A stretch of DNA of 64,000 nucleotides from Halobacteriaceae archaeon (GTDB lineage Archaea > Halobacteriota > Halobacteria > Halobacteriales > Halobacteriaceae), in assembly GCA_042216525.1 (NCBI GenBank), contig JBDGTT010000023.1, forward strand, positions 22,812 through 86,811. Direction: 5' to 3'. Below, piece by piece: positions 1-9,861 of this stretch. The number at the start of each line of letters is the position of its first letter. Positions within the stretch are counted from its first letter, which is position 1. The translations under genes were made by a program, and so were the position numbers. Under the pieces are notes generated by a model. It searched no databases and was not told the DNA's origin. It saw nothing but the letters and a program-made list of their open reading frames with translations.

Positions 1-1001
1 GAGCGCGCGTCGAGCGTGCTGTAGAAGCCGCCGTCCGGGTGCTGGAGTTCGCGCTGGAGGAATCCGAAGGTCCGACGCGCGACGGCGGCGTAGTCCTCCC
101 GCCCCGTGACCTGGTAGCCCGCCAGGAACGCCCGCGGTATCTCCGCGTTGTCGTACAGCATCTTCTCGAAGTGGGGGACCGTCCACGTGCGGTCGGTGCA
201 GTAGCGGTGGAAGCCCCCGCCCACGTGGTCGTTGAGGCCGCCGCCGGCCATCGCGTCCAGCGCCTCGGTGGCCACCGAGCGGAACTCCTCGCGGCCCGTC
301 CGGTCGTGGGCGGACAGCAGCGCGAGGACGCGACCGGGCTGGGGGAACTTCTGACCGGTGCCGAACCCGCCGTGCTCGCGGTCCGCGCTCGCGACGGCGG
401 CCGACGCGGCGTCGACGAGTGCCGCGGCGTCGGGGTCGCCGGCCTGCTCGGGCACCGACTCCAGTTCGCCGGCGACGGCTCGCGACCACTGGGCGGCGCG
501 TTCCTCGAGTGACTCCCGGTCCTCGCGCCAGTTCTCGGTGACGTCCTCGAGCAACTGCAAGAATCCGGGCTGGCCGGGCCGGGCCTCCCGCGGGAAGTAG
601 GTGCCGACGTAGAAGGGGTCGCCGTCCGGCGTGAGGAACACCGAGAGGGGCCAGCCACAGCCCCCGCCGCGAACGAGTTGACAGACCGTCATGTAGACGC
701 TGTCGACGTCCGGGCGCTCCTCGCGGTCGACCTTGATGGGGACGAAGTGGTCGTTGAGGCGGTGGGCCACCGCCTCGTCCTCGAAGGACTCTTCGGCCAT
801 GACGTGACACCAGTGGCAGGCCGCGTAGCCGATGGAGAGGAAGATGGGGACGTCCCGCTCGCGGGCGGCGGCGAGCGCGCGCTCGTCCCAGGGCTGCCAG
901 TGGACGGGGTTGTCCGCGTGCTGGCGGAGGTACGGACTCGCCGCCTCGTCGAGGCGGTTGCGCCGCGTCGGGTCCTCGGCCGGGTCGCCGGCGTCGGTCA
1001 T
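1..1001 (-). CDS. Thioredoxin-domain protein, DUF255/YyaL-like (N-terminal ~333 aa; C-terminus lies beyond the window start)
   Basis: Not in the ORF track because it is open at the window edge. My translation of the minus strand from ATG at 999-1001 gives MTDAGDPAEDPTRRNRLDEAASPYLRQHADNPVHWQPWDE...FLSIGYAACHWCHVMAEESFED...VDREERPDVD...GGFYSTLDAR with no stop down to base 1. It has a CxxC thioredoxin-like motif. Confidence 0.8.
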   Translation of the reverse strand, partial: MTDAGDPAEDPTRRNRLDEAASPYLRQHADNPVHWQPWDERALAAARERDVPIFLSIGYAACHWCHVMAEESFEDEAVAHRLNDHFVPIKVDREERPDVDSVYMTVCQLVRGGGCGWPLSVFLTPDGDPFYVGTYFPREARPGQPGFLQLLEDVTENWREDRESLEERAAQWSRAVAGELESVPEQAGDPDAAALVDAASAAVASADREHGGFGTGQKFPQPGRVLALLSAHDRTGREEFRSVATEALDAMAGGGLNDHVGGGFHRYCTDRTWTVPHFEKMLYDNAEIPRAFLAGYQVTGREDYAAVARRTFGFLQRELQHPDGGFYSTLDAR

Positions 1002-1095
1002 GGGCACCGTTGGGACCGGACGTCCCTAAACCCGCCGTCGCCGGAGCGGGGGCGAACAGCAACGCTTACCCGGGTCGGCGGGGCTACCGTCCGGT

Positions 1096-2430
1096 ATGAC
1101 AGAGACGGTGCTCCTCGTGGGTGGCGGCGGCCGCGAACACGCCATCGCCCGGGCGCTGGCGAAGGCCGAGGTCGACGAGGCTGACCTCTACGCCTGTGCG
1201 AGCAACCGCAACCCCGGCATCGCGGACCTGACCGAGGGGTTCGAGACGCTCGACGAGACCGACCCGGACGCGGTCGTCGAGTACGCCTTGGACGTGGGGG
1301 CCACGCTCGCCGTCGTCGGGCCCGAGGCGCCCCTGGAGGCCGGCGTCGTCGACGCACTCGACGAGGCGGGCGTCTACGCCTTCGGCCCGCGGGCCGAGCA
1401 GGCCCGCATCGAGACGGACAAGGCCTTCCAGCGGGAGTTCATGCGCGAGCACGACATCCCAGGCTGTCCCGAGTTCGAGGTGTTCGAGGACGCGGCAGCG
1501 GCCGCGGACTACGTCGCGTCGGTCGAGCACGACGTCGCCGTGAAGCCCCGCGGGCTGACCGGCGGCAAGGGCGTCCGCGTCACGGGCGACCAACTCCCCC
1601 GCGAGGCGGCCGCCGACTACGTCCGCGAGAGCGGCTACGACGAGTGGGTCATCGAGGAGCGCCTCGTGGGCGAGGAGTTCACCGTTCAGGCCGTCGTCGC
1701 GAACGGCGACGTCCGCGCGACGCCGGCGGTCCAGGACCACAAGCGCGCCTACGAGGGCGACGAGGGCCCGAACACCGGCGGGATGGGCTCGTACTCGGCG
1801 CCGGCGCTCGCCCTGCCGTTCATGGACCTCCAGGACTACGCCGACGCCGTCGAGATCGTCCACGACGCGGCGACCGCACTCGACGGCTACAAGGGCATCC
1901 TCTACGGGCAGTTCATGCTCACCGCCGACGGCCCGAAGGTCGTCGAGTTCAACGCCCGCTTCGGCGACCCCGAGGCGATGAACACGCTGCCGATCATGCA
2001 GACGGACCTGCTGATGCTCCTCCAGTTCGCCCGCGACGACAAGCCCCTCGTCGAACTGGAGTTCGCGGACCTCGCGACCGTCTGCAAGTACGCCGTCCCC
2101 GCGGGCTACCCCGACGACCCGCAGGCCGGCGCACCGGTCACCGTCGACGAGGCGTCCATCTCCGAAGCGGTGGGCAGTCTCGAGGGCGAAGAGGTCGGCG
2201 CTGCCATCCTCTACTACGCCAGCGTCGACGAGCGCGATGACGGCATCTACACGACGACGTCGCGGTCGTTCGCCGTCGTCGGGGTCGCGCCGAGCATCGA
2301 GCGCGCCGAGGAGATCGCGGAGGCCGCCCTCGCCGACGTCGGCGAGGGGTTCAGGATCCGTCACGACATCGGGACCGCCGAACTTGTCCAGTCCCGCATC
2401 GACCACATGACGGCGCTGCGCGGCGAGTGA
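1096..2430 (+). CDS. purD: Phosphoribosylamine-glycine ligase
   Basis: 444-aa ORF. N-terminal VLLVGGGGREHAIA and an ATP-grasp core (GGMGSYSP-like GGMGSYSA, FNARFGDPE) are typical of PurD. Confidence 0.93.
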   Translation: MTETVLLVGGGGREHAIARALAKAEVDEADLYACASNRNPGIADLTEGFETLDETDPDAVVEYALDVGATLAVVGPEAPLEAGVVDALDEAGVYAFGPRAEQARIETDKAFQREFMREHDIPGCPEFEVFEDAAAAADYVASVEHDVAVKPRGLTGGKGVRVTGDQLPREAAADYVRESGYDEWVIEERLVGEEFTVQAVVANGDVRATPAVQDHKRAYEGDEGPNTGGMGSYSAPALALPFMDLQDYADAVEIVHDAATALDGYKGILYGQFMLTADGPKVVEFNARFGDPEAMNTLPIMQTDLLMLLQFARDDKPLVELEFADLATVCKYAVPAGYPDDPQAGAPVTVDEASISEAVGSLEGEEVGAAILYYASVDERDDGIYTTTSRSFAVVGVAPSIERAEEIAEAALADVGEGFRIRHDIGTAELVQSRIDHMTALRGE

Positions 2431-2494
2431 GCGAGCGAGCGCGGGGCTGACGGCCCCAAGTCATAGGCGTCTCGAGCCCCACGTTCGGGAGAAC

Positions 2495-3850
2495 ATGAGC
2501 GACGGAGAGCAGAAGCTCGGTTTCTGGGGTGCCGTGTCGATAGCCGTCGGCGGGATGATCGGCGGCGGCGTCTTCGCCGTCCTGGGCGTGGTCGTGACCG
2601 TCGCGGGCGCGGCGTCGTGGCTCGCCTTCACGCTCGCGTGCCTGGTGTCGACGTGTGCCGCCTACTCCTACCTCACCCTCAACCGCCTCGGGGACCGCCG
2701 GGGCGGGTCGGTCTCACAGCTCGAAGAGTACCTCTCGACGTCGGCGGTGGCCGGCATGGTCGGGTGGACGCTGCTGTTCGGCTACGTCGGCGCGATGGCG
2801 ATGTACGCCTACGCGTTCGGCAGTTTCGCCGTGGCGCTGACCCCACCGGGCGCCGTCGCGGCGCTCCCCGCCGGCGAGGCGCTCCTGCGGCCGGCGTACT
2901 CCGTGCTCGCGGTCGGTGGCTTCGTCGCGCTGAACGTCCTCGGCGCCCGGGCGACCGGCACCTCCGAGGAACTGCTCGTCGTCACGAAGGTGGTCATCCT
3001 CCTCGCGTTCGGGGGACTCGGACTGTGGTACGGCGCGTCGACGCACTCGCTGGAGTTCGGCGTCCACGCCATCGAGCAGGTCTCGCCGGTCGTCATGGCC
3101 ACGGCCATCTCCTTCGTCTCCTTCCAGGGCTGGCAACTGCTCATCTACGACCAGGACAGCATCCGCGACCCGACACAGACGGTGCCCAAGGCCATCTACT
3201 ACTCCATCGCCATCACGGTCCTCGTCGACGGCCTCATCGCGCTCGTCGTGACGGGGTTGGCCGCCCCCGACGTCATCCGCGCCCACCCGGAGCGGGCGCT
3301 GGCCCTCGCGGTGGACCCGATTCTCGGCCACGTCGGCTTCGTCGTCGTCTCCGTCGCCGCCATCTTCTCGACGGGGAGCGCCATCAACGGGACGCTGTTC
3401 TCCGCCGCCCACTTCGCGAAGGGGATGGTGGCCGACGGCCTCCTGCCCGACAGGACGGGGCGCGCGTCCGCGGACGGGGCGCCCGCCCGGACCGTCGTCG
3501 TCCTCGGCGTGCTCGCGGCGGCGTTCACGGCCTACGGGAGCCTCGACGGCATCACCTCCTTCGGGTCCCTCGCGTTCATGGTCGTCTTCGGCGCGATGAG
3601 CTACCTGGCGCTCCGCGAACGCGACCGTGAGGACGTCTCGGCGATGTGGCCCGCCGTCGGGGTCGCGGGCTGTGTCGGCGCCTTCGGCCTCCTCGTCTAC
3701 CACCTCTGGACCGCCGAGCGGGCCACCTTCTACACGGTCGCGGTCGTGGCGAGCGTCGTCCTCGCGGCGGAACTGCTGTACTTCGAGCGCGACACCGTCC
3801 TCGACGGCGTCGTCGCCGTCGGTGCTCTCGTCGGGGACGGCGCCGACTGA
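2495..3850 (+). CDS. APC-superfamily amino-acid/polyamine permease
   Basis: 451-aa ORF with about 12 hydrophobic helices. N-terminal GGMIGGGVFAVLG-type helix-1 motif. Confidence 0.8.
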   Translation: MSDGEQKLGFWGAVSIAVGGMIGGGVFAVLGVVVTVAGAASWLAFTLACLVSTCAAYSYLTLNRLGDRRGGSVSQLEEYLSTSAVAGMVGWTLLFGYVGAMAMYAYAFGSFAVALTPPGAVAALPAGEALLRPAYSVLAVGGFVALNVLGARATGTSEELLVVTKVVILLAFGGLGLWYGASTHSLEFGVHAIEQVSPVVMATAISFVSFQGWQLLIYDQDSIRDPTQTVPKAIYYSIAITVLVDGLIALVVTGLAAPDVIRAHPERALALAVDPILGHVGFVVVSVAAIFSTGSAINGTLFSAAHFAKGMVADGLLPDRTGRASADGAPARTVVVLGVLAAAFTAYGSLDGITSFGSLAFMVVFGAMSYLALRERDREDVSAMWPAVGVAGCVGAFGLLVYHLWTAERATFYTVAVVASVVLAAELLYFERDTVLDGVVAVGALVGDGAD

Positions 3851-3860
3851 CGGCCGCCGG

Positions 3861-5162
3861 TCACCCCGCGGGGAGGTCGGTGGCCAGTTCGCGCGCCCGG
3901 CGGCGAATCGCCGCCTCGTCGACGCCAGGGAACTCGCCGTCGCGGTACCGGACCGTCCCGTCGACCATCGTGAACCGGACGTCGTCGCCGTGGGCCGCGA
4001 AGACGAGGTGGGAGACCGGGTCGTGGACCGGCGTCGTCCGGGGGCGGTCGGTCCGGAGGCCGACGACGTCCGCGCGCCACCCCTCCCGGAGCGCGCCGAC
4101 CCGCTCGAACCCGGCGGCGCGGGCGCCTCCGAGCGTCGCCATCTCGAAGACCGTCCGGGCCGGCGTCGCCGTCGCGTCGAGGGCGTCGACCTTCTGGAGG
4201 AGGCTGGCCTGGCGCATCTCCGTGAACGGGTCGAGGGTGTTGTTGCAAGGGGGCCCGTCGTTGCCGAGGGCGACGGTCACGCCGCGGTCGAGATAGTCCG
4301 GGACCGGGGCCACGCCCGACGCGAGTTTCATGTTCGCCGACGGGCAGTAGACGACGTGCGTGCCGGTCTCCGCGAGGAGGGCGCGCTCGCGCTCGTCGGT
4401 CCAGACGCAGTGGGCCAACACGACGTCCTCGCCGGTGAGCCCCACCTCGTGGAGCCACTCGACGTTCCCCATCCCCCGCTCGCTCTCGACGGCGGCCACC
4501 TCCTCGCGCGTCTCGGCGGCGTGGGTGTGGACGCGCACGCCCTCGCGTGCGTCGGCCACGTCGCGGGCGCCCCGGAGACACGCCTCGGTGCAACTCAGGG
4601 CGAACCGCGGGGTCACGGCGTACCGGATCCGGTCGTCGTAGGCCCCGTGGTACCGGTCGGCGAGGCGTTCGCTCTCCGCGAGGGCGCGGTCGGTGTCCTC
4701 GAGGAGGGCGTCGGGGGCGTCCCGGTCCATCAACACCTTGCCGAGGCGGGCGCGCACGCCCAGTTCCCCGGCCGCCTCGATGGCCCGGGCCGCGTGGTCG
4801 ACCGTGAGGTGGTCGACGGCCGTCGTCGTCCCGGCGGCCAGCAGTTCGAGGTAGCCCAGTCGGGCCGCGACGGCCGTCGCTTCCGCGTCGAGGGCCCCCT
4901 CCATCGGCAGGACGAACTCGGAGAGCCACTCCAGTAGCGGCGCGTCGTCGGCGACGCCCCGACCAAGCGACTGGACCGTGTGGACGTGGCCGCCGACGAG
5001 TCCCGGCGCGAGCAAGTCGTAGGCCGCGCGCTCGTGGTCGGGATACCGGTCCAATAGGTCGGCCCGGTCGCCCACGGCGACGATGCGGTCCTCCTCGACG
5101 ACGATAGCGCCGTCCGCGTGGACCGTCTCAGCGTCGGCGACGACGGTGCCCGAGAGCAACAT
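3861..5162 (-). CDS. Amidohydrolase-superfamily deaminase (MTA/SAH- or chlorohydrolase-type)
   Basis: 433-aa ORF with the HxH metal motif GGHVHTVQS and later HTHAAET and NDGPP blocks typical of this family. Confidence 0.8.
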   Translation of the reverse strand: MLLSGTVVADAETVHADGAIVVEEDRIVAVGDRADLLDRYPDHERAAYDLLAPGLVGGHVHTVQSLGRGVADDAPLLEWLSEFVLPMEGALDAEATAVAARLGYLELLAAGTTTAVDHLTVDHAARAIEAAGELGVRARLGKVLMDRDAPDALLEDTDRALAESERLADRYHGAYDDRIRYAVTPRFALSCTEACLRGARDVADAREGVRVHTHAAETREEVAAVESERGMGNVEWLHEVGLTGEDVVLAHCVWTDERERALLAETGTHVVYCPSANMKLASGVAPVPDYLDRGVTVALGNDGPPCNNTLDPFTEMRQASLLQKVDALDATATPARTVFEMATLGGARAAGFERVGALREGWRADVVGLRTDRPRTTPVHDPVSHLVFAAHGDDVRFTMVDGTVRYRDGEFPGVDEAAIRRRARELATDLPAG

Positions 5163-5210
5163 TCCGGGGCGACTACCGCGCCCGATGCGAAAAGCGTTCG
5201 CCCGCGTCGG

Positions 5211-7046
5211 TCAGTACGAGCGCTCCTTCGGTTCGTACCTGCCGCCCTCGCCCTCGAGGATGACGGGCTTGTACCAGAGTTCGGGCGACCCGTCGTTCCA
5301 GGTGACGAAGGTGTGTTTCAGCCAGACGTCGTCGCGGCGCTCCTGGTACTCGGCGCGCCAGTGGGCGCCCCGGAACTCGTCGCGCGCCAGCGCGCCCATC
5401 GTGATGACCTCGGCGATGTCGAGGATGTTCCGCGTCTCGATGGTGTGGATGAGGTCGGTGTTGTAGGTCCGGGACGTGTCGGTGACGTGCACGTCCTCGT
5501 AGCGCTCCCGGGCCGCCCGGATGTCGCGGAGCGCCTGCTTGAGGCCCGCCTCCTCGCGGAAGACGTTGACGTTGGCCGTCATCGTCTCCTGAACCGCGTT
5601 CCGCACCGTGACGTGTTCGACGCCGTCCTCGCGGTCGAGGAGCGCCTCGACGCGCTCGCGTTCGGCCTCCGCGGCCCGGTCGACGACCGTCGCGGGGTCG
5701 GCCGCCGTCGCGCCGCCGTCCGCGGCGACGTCCCGGTCGGAGCCGACTTCGCCCACCGCCACCGGCAGGTCGAGGTCCGTCTCGGCCTCGGCGTCGTCGG
5801 TCCGGCCCGTCGAAATCTCCGGGTCGCCCAGGTCCTCGCCCGCCGCGTGGCGGCCGGCGCGCTTCCCGAAGACGAACAGCTCGGGGAGGGCGTTGCCGCC
5901 GAGGCGGTTCGCGCCGTGGACGGAGACGCAGGCGCACTCGCCGGCGGCGTAGAGGCCGTCGACGCACGTCTGTCCGTGCTCGTTGGTCTCGATGCCGCCC
6001 ATGGCGTAGTGCTGGCCCGGCTTGACCGGCATGGGCTCCTCCAGCGGGTCGACCCCCTCGAAGTCCTCCGCGAGGTGGACGATGTTCTCGAGGCGGTCCA
6101 TGATGCGCTCCTCGCCGAGGTGGCGCATGTCGAGGTGGACGTACTCGTCCTCGATGCCGCGCCCCTCGTTGACCTCCGTCAACTCCGCCCGGGCGACGAC
6201 GTCGCGGGAGGCGAGTTCACCGACGTTGAGCGCGTAGCCGTGCTCGAACATGAACCGCTCGCCGTCCTTGTTGTAGAGGATGCCGCCCTCGCCCCGGACG
6301 CCCTCCGTGATGAGCACGCCCGTCGAGGGGAGCGTCGTCGGGTGGAACTGGATGAACTCCATGTCCTCCATCGGCACGCCGGCGCGGTAGGCCATCGCCA
6401 CGCCGTCGCCGGTCTGTGCGACGGCGTTGGTGGTGTGGTCGTAGACCTGCCCGGGGCCGCCGGTGGCGAGGACGACGCCCCGCCGCGCCTGGAAGCCCTG
6501 GACCTCGCCGCTGCGGATGTCGATGGCGACGACCCCGTGGCAGGTCCGCTCGGTCGGGTCCGCCTCGTCGGTGACGGCGAGTTCCGAGACGTACCACTCG
6601 TCGTAGACGGTGATGCCGCGCTTGACCACCTGCTCGTACATCGTGTGCAGGAGGTGGTGGCCCGTCTCCGCGCCCGCGTAGGTCGTCCGTGGGAAGGAGA
6701 GCCCGCCGAACGGCCGCTGGGAGACGGTGCCGTCGTCCTCGCGGGAGAAGGGCATCCCCCAGTGTTCGAGTTGGATGGTCTCCGTCGGGCTCTCCTGGAC
6801 CAGCGTCTCGATGGCGGGCGCGTCGCCGAGGTAGTCCGAGCCCTTCATCGTGTCGTAGGCGTGGTCTTCCCAGGAGTCGCCCTCCCGGAGCGCGGCGTTG
6901 ATGCCGCCCTCGGCAGCCCCCGTGTGCGACCGGACCGGGTGGAGTTTCGAGACGATGGCGACGTCAGCGCCAGCCTCGTGGGCCGCGATGGCCGCTCTCA
7001 GTCCCGCGCCGCCGCCGCCGATGACAAGAACGTCGTGTTCGTACAT
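5211..7046 (-). CDS. sdhA: Succinate dehydrogenase flavoprotein subunit
   Basis: Track ORF 5211..7160. The real start is taken at internal MYEHDVLVIGGGGAGLRAA (Met39, base 7046), 2 nt after the sdhB stop. It has the FAD motif and the covalent-FAD His context RSHTGAAEGG. Confidence 0.95.
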   Translation of the reverse strand: MYEHDVLVIGGGGAGLRAAIAAHEAGADVAIVSKLHPVRSHTGAAEGGINAALREGDSWEDHAYDTMKGSDYLGDAPAIETLVQESPTETIQLEHWGMPFSREDDGTVSQRPFGGLSFPRTTYAGAETGHHLLHTMYEQVVKRGITVYDEWYVSELAVTDEADPTERTCHGVVAIDIRSGEVQGFQARRGVVLATGGPGQVYDHTTNAVAQTGDGVAMAYRAGVPMEDMEFIQFHPTTLPSTGVLITEGVRGEGGILYNKDGERFMFEHGYALNVGELASRDVVARAELTEVNEGRGIEDEYVHLDMRHLGEERIMDRLENIVHLAEDFEGVDPLEEPMPVKPGQHYAMGGIETNEHGQTCVDGLYAAGECACVSVHGANRLGGNALPELFVFGKRAGRHAAGEDLGDPEISTGRTDDAEAETDLDLPVAVGEVGSDRDVAADGGATAADPATVVDRAAEAERERVEALLDREDGVEHVTVRNAVQETMTANVNVFREEAGLKQALRDIRAARERYEDVHVTDTSRTYNTDLIHTIETRNILDIAEVITMGALARDEFRGAHWRAEYQERRDDVWLKHTFVTWNDGSPELWYKPVILEGEGGRYEPKERSY

Positions 7047-7048
7047 GG

Positions 7049-7933
7049 TTACCAGAACTTGAGGTTCGACTTCACCGCTTCGCGCTTGAGCTCCTGGATG
7101 TGTTCGGTCAGCGGGATGTCCTTCGGACACACCTCCGTGCAGGAGAACTGAGTCTGACACCGCCAGACGCCGTGGTTCTCCGCGATGACCTCCATCCGCT
7201 TCTCCTGGATGTCCTCGCCCTCGCGCTCGTCGAAGTAGAAGCGGTAGGCCTTGTTGATGGCCGCCGGACCGAGGTACTGGTTGTCGCCGGCGGCGATGTT
7301 ACACGAGGACATGCAGGCGCCACACCAGATGCAGCGGGTGGCGAGTTTGACCTTCTCGCGGTTCTCCCGGGACTGACGCTGCTCCTCGAGTTCGCCCTCG
7401 GGCAGCGTGGTCGTCTGGAAGTAGGGCTCGACGGCCTCCATCTGGTCGTAGAAGTGCTGCATGTCGACCACGAGGTCCTTGACCACCTCGCTGTGCGGGA
7501 GCGGTTCGATCCGGATCGGCTCGTCGAGGTCGGCGATCTGGGTCTTGCAGCCCAGCGTCTGTGAGCCGTTGACGAACAGCGCGTCCGAGCCACAGATGGC
7601 CTGCCGACAGGAGTGTCGGAAGGTCAGCGACGGGTCGTACTCGTCGCGGGCGTAGATGAGCGCGTCGAGGACCGTCATCCCCTGGTGGAAGGGGACGCGG
7701 AAGTCGTCGAATCGGGGTTCCTGCTTGTCGGCGACCTCAGGGTCGTAGCGGAAGATCTTGAGGTGGACCGTCTCCTCGTCGGGGCCGGGCCCGGCCGTCG
7801 TCTCCTCGGACTCGCTGGCCTCGCGCCGGCGGCGCTTCTCCGCCATCCGGCGCGACTGGGGCGTCTCGGTCGCCTGCGCGGCCGGCTGTTCCTCCTCGGT
7901 CTCGGTCTCGGCGTCGGACGATTGCGTGCTCAT
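7049..7933 (-). CDS. sdhB: Succinate dehydrogenase iron-sulfur subunit
   Basis: 294-aa ORF with three Cys clusters (CRQAICGSDA, CIWCGACMSSC, CTEVCPKDIP). It has a charged N-terminal extension of about 55 aa. Confidence 0.93.
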   Translation of the reverse strand: MSTQSSDAETETEEEQPAAQATETPQSRRMAEKRRRREASESEETTAGPGPDEETVHLKIFRYDPEVADKQEPRFDDFRVPFHQGMTVLDALIYARDEYDPSLTFRHSCRQAICGSDALFVNGSQTLGCKTQIADLDEPIRIEPLPHSEVVKDLVVDMQHFYDQMEAVEPYFQTTTLPEGELEEQRQSRENREKVKLATRCIWCGACMSSCNIAAGDNQYLGPAAINKAYRFYFDEREGEDIQEKRMEVIAENHGVWRCQTQFSCTEVCPKDIPLTEHIQELKREAVKSNLKFW

Positions 7934-7936
7934 GCG

Positions 7937-8299
7937 TTAGACCCCCGCGAGCGTCATCGCGAGTCGAATTCCCTGTGCGGTCAGCACCAGGCCGGCGATT
8001 ATCAGCAGCCACTTGGCGGCCGTCTGGGCCGTCCCGGTGATGCCGGCGTTGACCAGCGCGTTGTAGACGCCGTTGACGCCGTGGAACGTCGCCGTCACCA
8101 GGAAGAGGACCATCGTCAGGAAGTAGCCGGCCGACTCCATGCGCACCTGACTGCCGGCGAACTCGATCTCGGCGGCGTGGTTGACGAAGTGCAACAGGAA
8201 GAAGTGGAAGGCGAGCACCACCACGAGGAACGCGGCGGTGACCCGCTGGAGGAGCCAGGTCGTCGACCCCGGCTGGAACGAGGAGTAGCGCTCGCTCAC
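7937..8299 (-). CDS. sdhD: Succinate dehydrogenase membrane subunit D
   Basis: C-terminal 120 aa of track ORF 7937..9547 ([34 protein letters not shown]...). GTG start at 8297-8299 overlaps the sdhC stop (GTGA). Three hydrophobic helices. Position in the sdhCDBA operon fits. Confidence 0.85.
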   Translation of the reverse strand: MSERYSSFQPGSTTWLLQRVTAAFLVVVLAFHFFLLHFVNHAAEIEFAGSQVRMESAGYFLTMVLFLVTATFHGVNGVYNALVNAGITGTAQTAAKWLLIIAGLVLTAQGIRLAMTLAGV

Positions 8300-8688
8300 A
8301 GTTTGCCCCCCAGGAACGTCGGAACGCTGGCGACGGCGATGGCCGCTGTCAACACCAGCGAGGCGTAGAAGGACTTGTCCTGTGCGGTGAGGCCGACGCC
8401 CAGGTCGACGAAGAGCAGGCGAACGCCGTTCAGGATGTGGAAGACGGCGACGGCGAGCAGTCCGACTTCGAGGATGCGCACGAGGAGCAACCCCTCGAGG
8501 CCCCCGATGGTGGTGTTGAACGCGGCCGCCCCCGAGAACGCCGTCGAGAGCACCGCGATGTGGGTGAACAGGTACGCCACCAGCACCCAGCCGGTGAACT
8601 TGTGGAACACCCACGCCCACATGCCGGCCGAGAACTCCCGCCACCTGCCGAAGTCCTCGATGGTGCCCCGGTCGTAGGTCTGACTCAT
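8296..8688 (-). CDS. sdhC: Succinate dehydrogenase cytochrome b subunit C
   Basis: Track ORF 8296..8739. Likely start is Met18 ([33 protein letters not shown]...). A TATA-like TTCTATGT lies about 30 nt upstream on the minus strand. Confidence 0.85.
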   Translation of the reverse strand: MSQTYDRGTIEDFGRWREFSAGMWAWVFHKFTGWVLVAYLFTHIAVLSTAFSGAAAFNTTIGGLEGLLLVRILEVGLLAVAVFHILNGVRLLFVDLGVGLTAQDKSFYASLVLTAAIAVASVPTFLGGKL

Positions 8689-8745
8689 GGTGGCAGGTGC
8701 GGACCCGCCGCACATAGAAGTTGCCATCCGCTGGCACACCGTCGT

Positions 8746-9771
8746 CTACTCGTCTGCGTGTCTCGGGCTGGCGCCGCTCTGGAGAAAGGCCCGCTGGGTG
8801 TCCCCGTCCAGGGCTACGAGGTGACAGAGCGGGTTCCCGGGGTAGACCACCGGGTTCTCGAGGACGCCGACGAGGAGGCCGTCGAACGGCGCGCGGACGT
8901 CGACGTGTTCGGTCTTGAACGGGTTCGCGATGGTGCAGATGACCTCGCCCTCCTCGACGAGACTCCCCGAGTCGTGGAGCATCTCGACGAGGCCGCCCGC
9001 GTCGGCCCGGATCCACGTCTTCTCGTCGCTGTCGATGACCGTCCGCCACCCGGGCCAGGTGACCGCCCCGGTCTCCCGCATGCCGAACTCGGCCATGACG
9101 CTCTCGACGCCCGAGAGCGCCTCGTCGATGAGGTCGCGCTGGAACCGGTGGGCCTCGCCCATCTCGATGGTGATGGTCGGGATGCCCGCGTCCGTCGCCT
9201 CCCGGCGGAGCGTGCCCTCGGGGCCGCTCCCGGCGATGATGACGTTCGACCCGAAGCCGCGGGCGAGGCGGGCCGTCTGCTCGTCGTCCATGTCCGCGCG
9301 GACGTGGAGCATGTTCGTCCGCCCCCGAGTCGACGTGTGGAAGTCGAGGCCGACGTCGCAGGGATCGATGAAGTTGGCGTATATCTGGTGGGCGATGCGC
9401 CGGGCGCTCGTCGACGTGGGCGACCCCGGGAACGAGCGGTTCAGGTCCCGGTCGTAGATCGGCATGTAGCGCTGCTGGAAGAGAAATCCCGGGACGTTCA
9501 GCACCGGGAGACAGACCAGTGTGCCCGCGAGGTCGGTGTGGTCCCACTCGTGGGCCACCTCGCGGACCACCTCGATGCCGTTGAGTTCGTCGCCGTGGGC
9601 CGCGGCCGACATGAACAGCGTCGGACCGGGGCGGGAGCCGTTGATGATGGTGACTGGCACGCGAATTGGGTCACCGAGGTACGTCTCGCTGATGGAGTAG
9701 CGGAGGTTCTGGACCTCGCCGGGGTCCACGCGCCCCCCGTTGTAGGTGAAGGCCCCCTCGTCCTCGTCCAT
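8746..9771 (-). CDS. AstE/AspA-family (succinylglutamate desuccinylase/aspartoacylase-like, M14-fold) zinc deacylase, long form
   Basis: C-terminal 341 aa of track ORF 8746..11127, starting MDEDEGAFTYNGG. Motifs AAAHGDELNG, DLNRSFPG and DFHTST. Paralogue of 61020..62093. Confidence 0.85.
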   Translation of the reverse strand: MDEDEGAFTYNGGRVDPGEVQNLRYSISETYLGDPIRVPVTIINGSRPGPTLFMSAAAHGDELNGIEVVREVAHEWDHTDLAGTLVCLPVLNVPGFLFQQRYMPIYDRDLNRSFPGSPTSTSARRIAHQIYANFIDPCDVGLDFHTSTRGRTNMLHVRADMDDEQTARLARGFGSNVIIAGSGPEGTLRREATDAGIPTITIEMGEAHRFQRDLIDEALSGVESVMAEFGMRETGAVTWPGWRTVIDSDEKTWIRADAGGLVEMLHDSGSLVEEGEVICTIANPFKTEHVDVRAPFDGLLVGVLENPVVYPGNPLCHLVALDGDTQRAFLQSGASPRHADE

Positions 9772-9861
9772 GGCCCGCCCTCGGGGGGCCGCACGTAAAT
9801 ACTGGCGGGAGTCGCGACGCGTGTAGCAGAACTTTTGCCGGTCTGTCCCCACCGTCCGAGC
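9772..9861. promoter_or_regulatory. Divergent promoter region (two TATA-like boxes)
   Basis: 90-nt spacer. AGTATTTACG (minus strand, about 22-31 nt upstream of the 9771 start) and ACTTTTGC (plus strand, about 29-36 nt upstream of the 9862 start). Confidence 0.5.

Noticed and set aside
7760-7933. A charged extension of about 55 aa at the N-terminus of SdhB (MSTQSSDAETETEEEQPAAQATETPQSRRMAEKRRRREASESEETTAG...).
   Set aside because: It is probably a lineage-typical feature of haloarchaeal SdhB rather than something unusual. I cannot verify this without alignments, so I have not promoted it to a finding.
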